IMG/VR virus record: IMGVR_UViG_3300012020_000003
Location: 32,001-96,000 of that record
DNA length: 64,000 nt
From: a virus
Lineage: Duplodnaviria > Caudoviricetes
Strand: one strand, 5' to 3'
The notes beneath the pieces are model-generated. The model saw nothing but the letters and a program-made list of their open reading frames with translations, had not been told where the DNA came from and did not search any database. Positions 49,592 through 59,536 of this stretch are shown here, piece by piece. The stretch's first letter is position 1; each line of letters begins with the position of its first letter. A program made the translations under genes and the position numbers.

Positions 49592-49932
49592 TATTCTTCA
49601 ATTTTTTCCTTTGATACACCAAATAATTCTTCGTAACCGCGTCTAGCAACTTCTAGTTTAATAGTTGTTTCTCTGATGGAGATGCCTAATGCAATATGGG
49701 ATTTAATGAATTCAGCAGAATCGAAATCCGATGGGTTAATAATTGTCTGGGTATTACCTGGATTGACATCCAATAATTGTGCCCTGTCATTGTTTAACTG
49801 TTCTAACTTGTCGTTTAAATCTTCTACTTCACGACGATACATTTTTTCGGCCGATTTTACGATTTGTTTACCTCTATCGTCTCTAAGCTCTTTGTTATTT
49901 CGCAATAACATTTTTTCAAAAATTCCTGACAT
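49591..49932 (-). CDS. Coiled-coil hypothetical protein coupled to the vWA gene
   Basis: TAATG overlap; helical composition. Confidence 0.7.
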   Translation of the reverse strand: MSGIFEKMLLRNNKELRDDRGKQIVKSAEKMYRREVEDLNDKLEQLNNDRAQLLDVNPGNTQTIINPSDFDSAEFIKSHIALGISIRETTIKLEVARRGYEELFGVSKEKIEE

Positions 49933-49953
49933 TTTATTAAATTTAAATTATTA

Positions 49954-50541
49954 CTAATTAAGTCCTAACTCATTCCATAATAAAGATATGATAAATGAGA
50001 ACATTTCCTTTTGCATGTCCGACATTCTGTCTACGAAACTCGGAAATTCATTTTGATATTTATTATACATGCTCGAATGTGTCATCTTTGAAAATTGAAC
50101 ATTTGCCAGTATGTCACATAATTTAACATATACCGCCAGGTCGTTTGACATTAAGAGTGAATAATATTCTTCTGAGTGTCTTTCCTTTCTATTTCTACCA
50201 CGACACTCAGTACAAGCAAATATTGCTTCAGCAATCATGATCGCGAAATCGCGACGATAATAAAAAGTGGCTTCGGCTATAATATCATTATACGTCAATC
50301 TAGCATCTTCAATTAAATCATGACCTTGAGCCACAAATTTTGCCATCCATATATCGAATCTAGGGTTACTAACCCAGTCTTTACCTGACCACTCTATATA
50401 TTCATATAATCTGCCTGCATGTCCCGAGACTATGTCCAAATGAAACGAGTATGGCAATGCATCGTTATATTTTTGATTGCATACAACATCGTGTCGGGTT
50501 TGGCAAAATGCTTGCCAAGATTTAAATGTGTTAATATTCAT
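49954..50541 (-). CDS. HD-domain hydrolase (SpoT/Mesh1-like)
   Basis: H..Q.Y...PY..HL, HDLIED, VKLCD.LAN. Confidence 0.8.
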   Translation of the reverse strand: MNINTFKSWQAFCQTRHDVVCNQKYNDALPYSFHLDIVSGHAGRLYEYIEWSGKDWVSNPRFDIWMAKFVAQGHDLIEDARLTYNDIIAEATFYYRRDFAIMIAEAIFACTECRGRNRKERHSEEYYSLLMSNDLAVYVKLCDILANVQFSKMTHSSMYNKYQNEFPSFVDRMSDMQKEMFSFIISLLWNELGLN

Positions 50542-50906
50542 TCTGGTTTATATTTATAAGTTGCGTAAACTGCTGATTGACTACGATTAAACATCTCTTG
50601 AGTCCAGGTTGGATGCAAGACCTGTCTAATTGAATCTTGCTTTAATGAATCTAGTGTTAAATATTCCTTATAGATTTCTTCAACAGAAGGTTCTGAACAA
50701 TGTTCAGGTCTTCTATCTGTTACAGCATCTATCACTGCTCCGATAGTTATTGCTGGCATTGCAGGTATTTGGTTAACTACCGGTATTTTGTGTTTATAAC
50801 GATTGAACCAATATATTGGATGTCCGTAATTACCTGATCTCGTTTGTGCGTCAACTTTAACAGTTAAACACATAAAAATGGTTAATAATGTTATTAATGT
50901 TTTCAT
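50538..50906 (-). CDS. Exported hypothetical protein
   Basis: Signal peptide MKTLITLLTIFMCLTVKVDAQ. Confidence 0.6.
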   Translation of the reverse strand: MKTLITLLTIFMCLTVKVDAQTRSGNYGHPIYWFNRYKHKIPVVNQIPAMPAITIGAVIDAVTDRRPEHCSEPSVEEIYKEYLTLDSLKQDSIRQVLHPTWTQEMFNRSQSAVYATYKYKPE

Positions 50907-51126
50907 ACAACAAAAATACAACGTTTTTATAATATAAACAAACTTTATTAAACTATTAACATTTAATTAACATTAGGCTTCACCTACGGTTTGTATTTTT
51001 GGAACTGGTGGATACATAATATATAAATTATATGTACCAATTATTGGATTTGCCCTAATTAATTCCTTAACGATTACCATAATTTGATTAATGCTAATTG
51101 GAGACATAACCCAAATTTCATGTGTT

Positions 51127-51555
51127 TCATGCTTCACTAGGTACTGCATCGTCAGTTGTTTTTGCTTCTAAAGTTTTGATGTTTTCCGCTTTTATGGCGG
51201 ATAACAATTCTATACTTGATGCCTCTCCTCTTACCAGTGCCTGGTTTAATAATAAATACCAAATATTTGGCGGAAATGAATTAGGCATTGTTGGAAATCT
51301 CTCTTTAATTTCAGTTTGGTATGCCTTGAATTTTTCTAATAACTCTGTGAAAGTCAACCGCTTTTTCTCTAAGGCTATCTTTCCAGAAATATACTTTGAT
51401 GCCGCTGCATATCCTTGGTTCTTTAACAGTTTCTGCATGACGGTCATGGTTGTCCGTTTTTCTAGCTTATCATCTGTTTGACCAGGATTATCAATTTTGT
51501 GCAGCGTGACATATTGATTTACCTTTTCTACTAATATTACTGGGACTCGTTTCAT
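51127..51555 (-). CDS. Hypothetical protein
   Basis: 142-aa ORF. Confidence 0.6.
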   Translation of the reverse strand: MKRVPVILVEKVNQYVTLHKIDNPGQTDDKLEKRTTMTVMQKLLKNQGYAAASKYISGKIALEKKRLTFTELLEKFKAYQTEIKERFPTMPNSFPPNIWYLLLNQALVRGEASSIELLSAIKAENIKTLEAKTTDDAVPSEA

Positions 51556-52136
51556 ATAACTTCAATTAATTTAGAGTGATCTAATCTATAACTATCAACA
51601 ATTGAGACAATATCTGAAATTTTTGATCTAACCTTGTATCGTTTTCCTTGAGTTGGACGAACAACCATTACTTCTGGCAATGGTTTGATTCCAGCAAATA
51701 TTTCGAACCGGTTATATAATTCAATGGTATTCATGACTTTAAATTCATGATCCATAAATACAAATTCCTTTGGCATATCTTCGAATGAATAATAATCATA
51801 CCGTAACGATTGCATAAAATCTTCAATTATACCAATATTCATTCGGTAAAAGCTTGCCAAAGTTTTATAAACCTCTTGCAGGTTAGTTACTTTTTGGGCC
51901 ATAATGGTATTAATGTCAGGCCGAATGTCAGTGATTGTAACTATTCCCGATCGAGCCATAGTAAATACAAATTCAACAAATTCGTCGTTGCCGAATCCAG
52001 GAATGTCTACTTGATATTCGCGAAACAATGAATTAGGATCTGTATTTGTTGGGGTCAATTTTCCAAATCTATCAAATATTGCTCGCATTTGATTTGGATC
52101 TTGCATCGTCGATGTAGCTATTTTAAATTTTGCCAT
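51552..52136 (-). CDS. Hypothetical protein
   Basis: Start at ATG52136, just outside the IS right end. Confidence 0.65.
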   Translation of the reverse strand: MAKFKIATSTMQDPNQMRAIFDRFGKLTPTNTDPNSLFREYQVDIPGFGNDEFVEFVFTMARSGIVTITDIRPDINTIMAQKVTNLQEVYKTLASFYRMNIGIIEDFMQSLRYDYYSFEDMPKEFVFMDHEFKVMNTIELYNRFEIFAGIKPLPEVMVVRPTQGKRYKVRSKISDIVSIVDSYRLDHSKLIEVI

Positions 52137-52173
52137 AATTAATTTGTGTTTTTGTGTGAATAATATTAGTGAA

Positions 52174-53373
52174 CTACCCACCCACGCCAAAGGCGATGGG
52201 TTGGGCTTCGGGTTTCGCAGAGTGTGCGTTATTACTAACGTCTGATTTCCTCTCCACCTTTGTAATCGACAGTCCCTGCCGATGTATTTTTAAACCTTCT
52301 TTTAGAATATTGACACTTGCATTTACATCTCTGTCGTGTACAACACCACAAGAGTTACAAGTCCATTCTCTATCTGAAAGTTTTAATTCTTGATTTATCC
52401 AACCACAATCTCCGCAAGTCTTTGATGATGGATAGAAACGATTAACTTTAACCAATTCCTTTCCATACCAATCACACTTATATCGAAGAAGTGTAACAAA
52501 ATTACCCCAACTTGCATCAGCAATATGTTTGGATAATTTGTGGTTTTTAATCATACCTTTCACGTTCAAGTCTTCGCATACAATTAGGTCGTTTTCATTA
52601 ACTAATTGATGCGAAACCTTGTGTAAGGTATCTAACCTACAACTTGCAATTTTCTCGTGAATTTTAGCGACTTTGAGCTTTTGTTTCTCAAACCCATTAC
52701 TACCCTTTTGTTTACGAGATAAGTGCTGTTGTGCTTTCTTTAATTGTTTTGCATATTTCTTTGTATATCTGTTATTTTTAAATTTCTTGTTATCAGACGT
52801 AATCACAAAATCTTTTAGCCCCAAGTCTATTCCAACTTGTTTGTTAGTTTTTGGTAAATCCTCAATTCGTTGTTCGGTGAAAATGGAAACATAATATTTT
52901 CCAGTAGTTGTTTTGGTAATACACATTTTACCAATTTCACCTTTAACTTCTCTATGCAATTTTACTTTAATTCCACCTTTAAACTTAGGTAGTATTATCT
53001 TACCATCTTCAAGTTTTCCGAATTGTGGTACAGTAAAAGTATTTTTATGTTTCCTTGATTTAAACTTTGGGAATTGTGCGTTACCTCTAAAAAAGTTTAC
53101 ATAAGCAGTATCTAAAGAACGTAAAGCAAATTGCAGAGTTTGGCTATTTACCTCTTTTAACCAAATTGTATCTTCTTGCTTTTTTAAATCAGTTAATGTT
53201 TTTGCTTGTGCGTAATAGTTATCTGATTTTTTATTCTTCTGATACTGTTCTTTACGTTCATTTAAAAAGTAATTATAGACAAAACGGGAACAACCAAAGT
53301 GTTTATTTAGTAACACTTCTTGCTCTTTATCAGGGCAAATCCTAAACCGATATGTTTTATTAATTACTCGCAT
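52174..53373 (-). CDS. tnpB: RNA-guided endonuclease TnpB
   Basis: HTH_OrfB N-terminus, GIDLG RuvC-I, EDL RuvC-II, CxxC...CxxC Zn ribbon, DRDVNAS RuvC-III. Confidence 0.95.
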   Translation of the reverse strand: MRVINKTYRFRICPDKEQEVLLNKHFGCSRFVYNYFLNERKEQYQKNKKSDNYYAQAKTLTDLKKQEDTIWLKEVNSQTLQFALRSLDTAYVNFFRGNAQFPKFKSRKHKNTFTVPQFGKLEDGKIILPKFKGGIKVKLHREVKGEIGKMCITKTTTGKYYVSIFTEQRIEDLPKTNKQVGIDLGLKDFVITSDNKKFKNNRYTKKYAKQLKKAQQHLSRKQKGSNGFEKQKLKVAKIHEKIASCRLDTLHKVSHQLVNENDLIVCEDLNVKGMIKNHKLSKHIADASWGNFVTLLRYKCDWYGKELVKVNRFYPSSKTCGDCGWINQELKLSDREWTCNSCGVVHDRDVNASVNILKEGLKIHRQGLSITKVERKSDVSNNAHSAKPEAQPIAFGVGG

Positions 53374-53488
53374 CTATTATTAAATAGTCTAAACTTTTGT
53401 AAAAGTACAATTTTTTTACAATATCCGCAAATATTTTGTAAAACATTCCGTGTTCGGGTAAAAATGTTTCACAAAATATTCGCTACGT

Positions 53489-53899
53489 ATGTCTAAAAAA
53501 TCACAGTACACTTCAACAAATCGTTCAAAACATTATTTAAAATGTCATTTAATTCTTGTTACTAAGTATCGTAGAAATATCTTAATAGGTCAGTTAAATG
53601 ATGATTTAAAGTCTATATTTCAAACCATAGCTGATAATTCAGATTTTGAAATAGAAGTAATGGAGTCTGATATTAACCACATTCATTTTTTAATTCGTTA
53701 CATACCTCGTCTTTCAATATCACAATTAGTTCGTAGATTAAAACAAGAATCCACTCGTCAGTTATGGTTACTACATCCTACTACACTTCGTCAATATTAT
53801 TGGTATCGTAAGTTACTTTGGTCAGATGGTTTCTTTGTTTGTTCTATTGGTGAAGCATCACCAGAAACTATACGTCAATATATTTTAACACAAGGCTAA
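53489..53899 (+). CDS. tnpA: IS200-family Y1 HUH transposase
   Basis: HLILVTKYR, DINHIHFL, LWSDGFF, catalytic YI..Q. Confidence 0.95.
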   Translation: MSKKSQYTSTNRSKHYLKCHLILVTKYRRNILIGQLNDDLKSIFQTIADNSDFEIEVMESDINHIHFLIRYIPRLSISQLVRRLKQESTRQLWLLHPTTLRQYYWYRKLLWSDGFFVCSIGEASPETIRQYILTQG

Positions 53900-54053
53900 T
53901 GGTCGCTTACATCCCACCCACATTCTGATGGGTGGGTTTTACGCTCCGTCATATAAATCGATTATTTCAAATAAAATATCTGTTAATTTAATTGGCATGC
54001 CCCATTTTATTATTTTAAATGTAAATATAATAATTTTATTTCAGAAAACCAAA

Positions 54054-54323
54054 TTATTTCTGATATTTTTTTAATCGTTTTTCTTGGTAGTCAATAAATT
54101 TGTTAAAGCCATCTCTTGCTTTACTGTCAGTTGTTTTTAGAAATTCGTTCACGGCAGTTAAAATTTTACGGTTGTTTAAATATTCATTCATTGAATGAAT
54201 TTCCATAAGTGTCTGCATGTGCCCTAATGTAAAGGACCATTTTTTTATTTCTTTACGAACCCGTTTACCAACGAGCTTATGTTTATCAATTGTTTGTTGG
54301 ATTGAATCCGAATGAATCTTCAT
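54054..54323 (-). CDS. Hypothetical protein
   Basis: ORF track. Confidence 0.5.
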   Translation of the reverse strand: MKIHSDSIQQTIDKHKLVGKRVRKEIKKWSFTLGHMQTLMEIHSMNEYLNNRKILTAVNEFLKTTDSKARDGFNKFIDYQEKRLKKYQK

Positions 54324-54645
54324 ACACTAAAATTTTTATTTTACATTTCAACACGGTCAATTCGTCAATGACCCATTGTGTTTCAATACATCCTGGGTGA
54401 TGAAATAATACGGCACCATCTACCGAATGTTTTAATTCGTCGAATCCGTTATAATATGCTGATTTAGCATTATGTTCGGCAACAAACCGTTCACAACAAT
54501 GATCAATATGAGCTATCGAATTGCTATATAACATAAATGTAGATGCACAGATTAAACTTTCAGGCACAATTGTTTCGATAATAGTCTTGAATTTATTGTA
54601 ATTCTTGAACTGATATGGACCATTAATAAATAAATTATACGCCAT
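54286..54645 (-). CDS. Divergent SLOG/DUF2493-like protein
   Basis: LFINGP..F.NY..F...D..VLF......T..VI pattern. Confidence 0.4.
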   Translation of the reverse strand: MAYNLFINGPYQFKNYNKFKTIIETIVPESLICASTFMLYSNSIAHIDHCCERFVAEHNAKSAYYNGFDELKHSVDGAVLFHHPGCIETQWVIDELTVLKCKIKILVYEDSFGFNPTNN

Positions 54646-55861
54646 TAAGTTCGGTTAAAAATGATTCGATAGTTAAATGCCTTAATAACATTTGTTCTAC
54701 AGTCGACATCGTTGTCTGTGGTTTAAAATTTAAATCCTGTGTTATTTGGATACCGTAATAAGTCTCCACGAATTCCTTAATATCAGATTTCGATGGATAA
54801 TCAACTAATAAACGGAAATTAATCCTTCCATCTCGATACAACGCTGGGTCGAAATCTTCAATATGATTTGTTGTAAACATGAAAATCACATTGTCGGGAG
54901 ATACTACACCATCCAATATTTGTAACAGTGTCGAAAACGATATGTTGCTTTTCTTGTTTAAATTGGATCTGGTTTTTGTTGATGTATAATCATCTATGTC
55001 TTCGAATAATAACACTGACGATGACTGCAATCCCTGTATATAATTAATTAATTCAGAATCTGATTTAAATGATCCTAAAGATATCAGATTCAGTTCCATT
55101 TTATATCGATGTGCAATAGCTTTAGCGATTGAAGTCTTGCCAGTACCGGGCGGACCATATAACGATATTCCAGTTTTATGGTTGATACCCATTTGATCAG
55201 ATTTCCATTTATTATTTCTCCAGCCATCCAAATATTCAAGTAATTTATCTTTGCCCGGAAAATATATCTGATCAAATGTTTTGAATTTATATATGGTATT
55301 AAACACTGACTGTCCATATCCTGGATTATAGGTTCTAAATGGAATTCCAGATGATCCTATCAATGATGTCTGGTGACTCTCAACTACAGAATTGAAAAGA
55401 TTAAGAATTGCATTGGCTGCAAATAATCCTGATATATGATATTCATCCGTATATGCATCGTGGCTGTTCGAAGCATGTTCTAGTTTTGCCCTGATTTTTT
55501 CAATCCTGATAAATCTACGATGATACCATATATAGTTTACATCTGAGTCTTGCCGATATATCGGTTTAACTAGTCGCGGACCGCCTTCAGTTGGGGAAAT
55601 TACTACAATTTGACCTATAGCACGCCGATATTTATTTGGATATCGTTGATTATACCAGTCCGAAAATATTGCATAAGTATCATCATCGCGATTTAAATAT
55701 ATACTGATTTCGTAATATATTAATTTCTTCAATTGACGGTAAATCGAGCCAGGGATTGGTTTCAATGTGTACAAAATGCTGCTCAGTAACGCTATCACCA
55801 GACCGCCTTGTGCAAATTGGTTGCTTTCGACGATAGACTTAATAAATTCTATGTTAATCAT
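54635..55861 (-). CDS. BCS1-like AAA+ ATPase
   Basis: N-terminal TM; YGPPGTGKTS, FEDID, LLQILDG, TTNH...DPAL.R.GR. Confidence 0.8.
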   Translation of the reverse strand: MINIEFIKSIVESNQFAQGGLVIALLSSILYTLKPIPGSIYRQLKKLIYYEISIYLNRDDDTYAIFSDWYNQRYPNKYRRAIGQIVVISPTEGGPRLVKPIYRQDSDVNYIWYHRRFIRIEKIRAKLEHASNSHDAYTDEYHISGLFAANAILNLFNSVVESHQTSLIGSSGIPFRTYNPGYGQSVFNTIYKFKTFDQIYFPGKDKLLEYLDGWRNNKWKSDQMGINHKTGISLYGPPGTGKTSIAKAIAHRYKMELNLISLGSFKSDSELINYIQGLQSSSVLLFEDIDDYTSTKTRSNLNKKSNISFSTLLQILDGVVSPDNVIFMFTTNHIEDFDPALYRDGRINFRLLVDYPSKSDIKEFVETYYGIQITQDLNFKPQTTMSTVEQMLLRHLTIESFLTELNGV

Positions 55862-56088
55862 ACTCTAGGTATTCTGTGTTCTCGTTCTTCAGTTAGATAT
55901 GCGGCTATTTCCCATAGTTTCCGAGCCTTTGTTGATGCAAATTCTGCAAAATAATCTGGGTCGGAATTTGCAATGCCATTGACAATAGCAATAACAACAT
56001 TTTCTTGAAATGCAAATTTATCTTTTGCTCTTCTTACCGATAAGTCGATATACTTAGGGGTGCCAACATCTGGAAAATTATAAACCAT
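55858..56088 (-). CDS. Hypothetical protein
   Basis: Coupled ORF. Confidence 0.55.
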   Translation of the reverse strand: MVYNFPDVGTPKYIDLSVRRAKDKFAFQENVVIAIVNGIANSDPDYFAEFASTKARKLWEIAAYLTEEREHRIPRV

Positions 56089-56581
56089 ACGATTTGAAAA
56101 TTTTTATTAATTTGTTCGTAAACTCTGTAAGAGTTGTATTATTTGTGATGATAATGTCCGCATCTTCTTTGGTTATATCAAATGAATCGGATGATTCCAA
56201 TGGAAGCCGTTCACTTGCGTCTATCCATATTATCAAGTCGAACAATTTTTGTTTTTTACATTCTTCAATTTCAGCATGTGATCTCATTCCCACATACATG
56301 TCAGCCTTAGATAATACTTCTTTTGCAAGTCGTATTTTATCAACGGAATTATACAAGCATATTTCATCATACCATGCTTTCCTGTTATTCATACGGTCGG
56401 CAAAGCACTCGCCTATAGATTTGTATGATTTACCATATTTCGTATTCATTATGTCAAATAAGAAATTTTCTGCAGCACATTCTGACGACGATTTAAATGT
56501 CAATCCAAAATGCTGATTTAAAATTTCAGCAGCGGTATCCTTTCCATGCCTTGCATGGCCAATAATTAGTAGTTTTTTCAT
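56078..56581 (-). CDS. Deoxynucleoside monophosphate kinase-like P-loop protein
   Basis: IGHARHGKDT, GMR...E, D..I.NN. Confidence 0.75.
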   Translation of the reverse strand: MKKLLIIGHARHGKDTAAEILNQHFGLTFKSSSECAAENFLFDIMNTKYGKSYKSIGECFADRMNNRKAWYDEICLYNSVDKIRLAKEVLSKADMYVGMRSHAEIEECKKQKLFDLIIWIDASERLPLESSDSFDITKEDADIIITNNTTLTEFTNKLIKIFKSYGL

Positions 56582-56594
56582 ATAAAAATTTGTT

Positions 56595-56813
56595 TTATAG
56601 TTTACATTTTACGGTTAATACATGATGTTTGGTATCTGGTAATTGATCATCAAGATCTACAACGAACCCATCAACGAATGTTTTATCGGCAAAAATTCTT
56701 GCCTTTGTAAAATCAGGGTCGTAAACGCACGAAATTACGTCGTCGACTATATCAATACTAACAAAAAATCCCTTCTTTAAAGGTGCATAAATGACATATA
56801 TGGATCGGTTCAT
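56595..56813 (-). CDS. Hypothetical protein
   Basis: ORF track. Confidence 0.55.
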   Translation of the reverse strand: MNRSIYVIYAPLKKGFFVSIDIVDDVISCVYDPDFTKARIFADKTFVDGFVVDLDDQLPDTKHHVLTVKCKL

Positions 56814-57292
56814 TTTAATAATATATTTAAGATGTTAAAGTCATGAAAATCAAATTCTGTGGGAGTTTCTTTCATATAATACGGAATATATTTTAGACAT
56901 TTGATTCCGTTTGAATTCAATTGTTTGACGGTTTCGTCTCGGTCGTCAACATGTAAATCAATCTTTAATCGTTTGCAAGTATCTAATTTATCAGATGCAA
57001 CATATAATGGACGGTCCGGGTAACCATTTTTACTAAGCCATCTACGTCTAGCATTTGCCATTGCCAATGGCACTGCTGAAATATAACATGCAAAATCGAA
57101 TTTAATCCGTTCTGGACCATTTAACATTGGCATCGTTTCCCAAAATTCTTCATCGTTTTCAGTGAAGTGAAACAATAAATTCAGTCGTTCAACTTCCCAT
57201 TGATTGTAATATTCAAATGGTAGATTAAATTTTACGCGCATTGCAGCATCGAAATCAGCTAATAGTCCATCTATATCTAAAGAAACACGCAT
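56810..57292 (-). CDS. HAD-family 5'(3')-deoxyribonucleotidase-like protein
   Basis: LDIDGLLADF, K, HVDDR. Confidence 0.8.
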   Translation of the reverse strand: MRVSLDIDGLLADFDAAMRVKFNLPFEYYNQWEVERLNLLFHFTENDEEFWETMPMLNGPERIKFDFACYISAVPLAMANARRRWLSKNGYPDRPLYVASDKLDTCKRLKIDLHVDDRDETVKQLNSNGIKCLKYIPYYMKETPTEFDFHDFNILNILLK

Positions 57293-57554
57293 ATCTTGAT
57301 TTTAATGAGTTATTTTTATTAAACTGTATATTTTATTAACTTAACCAATAAAGTTCAACAGAATTGATATAAACTATGTTATTCGTAACGGCTCTTAATA
57401 GTGTACAATGCGCCATCAGCATTAATGAAATGTACAACGTCTGCTTGGTGTAAACAAAGTTGAATATGCTGTTTGAAATGTTTAGATCTAAGATCTCGAC
57501 CTTGTATGGATGAATAATCAGCAATTAAATCCTTTCTGGTTAATGTTATTATCA

Positions 57555-58229
57555 TTATTTATTAATTTGATAATTATTGAATCTATCCATAACAGTCTGA
57601 TCATCCTTAAACAACTCATATAGTCGAGCGAAACTGTTTAAATCATCCACAGTACAACCTAATATAGAAGCAATGTAACTTGGAGAATCAGACACAAAAT
57701 CTTCTTTAATTATTCTAGGCTTAGTTAATTTGGTTCCAGATGTACCTAAATCTGTTTTATGGACTAACCAAACTCCAGATGGTACCCTTATATTTAATTG
57801 TAACCATTCATTTGACGTCTCAGAAAACAATTGTTCTTTCGTTTTAGATATAAGCGCTGCCATCATCAATTGATTACGTTTAGTTCCGGCTGACATTATA
57901 AACTCTCCCCATCTCATATCCTGAATGCAGAATATATCTAATTGAAATGGATTATGATCATAGTCAACAAATTCCATTGGCATTGTTATTAAATGAAATC
58001 CAGAAGATATTTTTACATGATCGGTATAAAGCCAAGGGAATTTCTTAAAGAATTCTGGTATTGTGCAATTCACGATAACATCAACATCTCCAGATATGGG
58101 AACTTTGCCAAGTGATCCAACTATTTTGTGTGTCAATCCAGCTCCTGCTAACAAATTTGTAACCTTTTCTGCTATAAAAGCCGAATCTTCTAAGTTAATT
58201 GGTCGACAATAGAAAATAGATTTACTCAT
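57555..58229 (-). CDS. Pol-beta superfamily nucleotidyltransferase
   Basis: VGSLGK...SGDVDVIV, FQLDIF. Confidence 0.7.
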   Translation of the reverse strand: MSKSIFYCRPINLEDSAFIAEKVTNLLAGAGLTHKIVGSLGKVPISGDVDVIVNCTIPEFFKKFPWLYTDHVKISSGFHLITMPMEFVDYDHNPFQLDIFCIQDMRWGEFIMSAGTKRNQLMMAALISKTKEQLFSETSNEWLQLNIRVPSGVWLVHKTDLGTSGTKLTKPRIIKEDFVSDSPSYIASILGCTVDDLNSFARLYELFKDDQTVMDRFNNYQINK

Positions 58230-58545
58230 ATGCTTTAACTTTATGGTCATATACTTCTGTTCCGTATAAATTACGAACTGCTGGGACAATTTGAGTCCAT
58301 TCGATTTTTATTTTAAATTCAGCTATTAACTGATTAATCATATAATCAATTTTTTGCATGAAAATTTCTAATGGATATTTAGTCATCGAAGCACCAACCT
58401 GTTCCATTGGGACCGTTTTACCAGTTTTATGATAAACATAATTCCTGATAAATATAACATCTTGTTGATCGAATTGATTATACTTGCGGTCATCTGCTAA
58501 TTTTAACCGATATCTCAGATAATCTAAAACTTCTTCTCGTTTCAT
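58222..58545 (-). CDS. Hypothetical protein
   Basis: ORF after a minus-strand promoter. Confidence 0.6.
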   Translation of the reverse strand: MKREEVLDYLRYRLKLADDRKYNQFDQQDVIFIRNYVYHKTGKTVPMEQVGASMTKYPLEIFMQKIDYMINQLIAEFKIKIEWTQIVPAVRNLYGTEVYDHKVKAYE

Positions 58546-58614
58546 ATTAAATAATTATACCACAAATATACATGAATATTCGTTATAATGTATAATATTT
58601 CAATATTTTAACAT

Positions 58615-59244
58615 TTATTTAACAGATGTGTATTTATTGAATAGATCCATTATGTTGTCAATGGTCTCAACAATATTTTCCTTTGATACATTACAAACCA
58701 ATTGATCTATTTGTTCTCTGACGTTTAAATGCCTGCAAACATCATCGAAAGTTGGCACTTCGAATTGTTTAAATCTTCCAACCAATTCCTGTGTGTCCTT
58801 TTCAAAGGCAATGGTTACATTCTGTACAGAATAATATGCAGAAGGTGGAATGAGAAAATAATGATATTTATCGGTGTTTGGATTATAGCACACGACTCGC
58901 AATGTTCCTATTTTCTTATAAGCGTTTTTTACTACGGCCTGGAATCTAGGTATTTTAACTTTTTTGTTAAGTTTACCCTTAACAGTGGGGTGGAAATATT
59001 TCTCCTGGACTGTCACAGTTTTAACGTCGGTGTCGTCAATTAAATCTCGATGCTCTCCAATTGGACACATACCAATTCCGGATTTCCTTGATATAGCCAA
59101 TTCAGCTAATTGAGTGCCGTTAATAATATTGTCTTTTATCAAAGATTTAATCGTAACTTCAAGCCCCATTTCATGATAAGCTTTGTCCATAAAAAATTCG
59201 ATCAACCTATCATTATGATGTTGATTTTTTGCAAGCGTGTGCAT
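58615..59244 (-). CDS. Hypothetical protein, possible restriction-endonuclease-like fold
   Basis: E.....D..D.TDVKT, K.G.LRV...YFLIP. Confidence 0.45.
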   Translation of the reverse strand: MHTLAKNQHHNDRLIEFFMDKAYHEMGLEVTIKSLIKDNIINGTQLAELAISRKSGIGMCPIGEHRDLIDDTDVKTVTVQEKYFHPTVKGKLNKKVKIPRFQAVVKNAYKKIGTLRVVCYNPNTDKYHYFLIPPSAYYSVQNVTIAFEKDTQELVGRFKQFEVPTFDDVCRHLNVREQIDQLVCNVSKENIVETIDNIMDLFNKYTSVK

Positions 59245-59248
59245 CCTT

Positions 59249-59533
59249 TTAGTTTAATGTAGTTAAATAATTTTTTGTTTCTGGATAATTCTCATTGATA
59301 TATTTATCAATGTCGATATCCAATATCGTAAAACGTATATGATTCATTCTGTCTAAATATTCGAAAACCTGACTTATTGGTGTTTCAATTAATGAAGATT
59401 CAATAATTAAGGTCTCAGAAATTTCAGTCATGAATGAAATGAAATTTTCAAATGTTTCATTTGCTGTGTTTAGTTGATATATTTTTGGCGATATCACGCC
59501 ATTTGGATTAAGTGTATTTATAGAGAAAACCAT
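59249..59533 (-). CDS. Hypothetical protein
   Basis: ORF track. Confidence 0.5.
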   Translation of the reverse strand: MVFSINTLNPNGVISPKIYQLNTANETFENFISFMTEISETLIIESSLIETPISQVFEYLDRMNHIRFTILDIDIDKYINENYPETKNYLTTLN

Positions 59534-59536
59534 CTT

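Larger units (their letters stand above)
52169..53952 (-). mobile_element. IS200/IS605-family element (tnpA + tnpB, divergent)
   Basis: Subterminal hairpins cccacccac..gatgggttggg (~52177-52205) and cccacccac..gatgggtggg (~53913-53936); right end ...GTTCAC; TTTAT target next to the left end. Confidence 0.88.
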
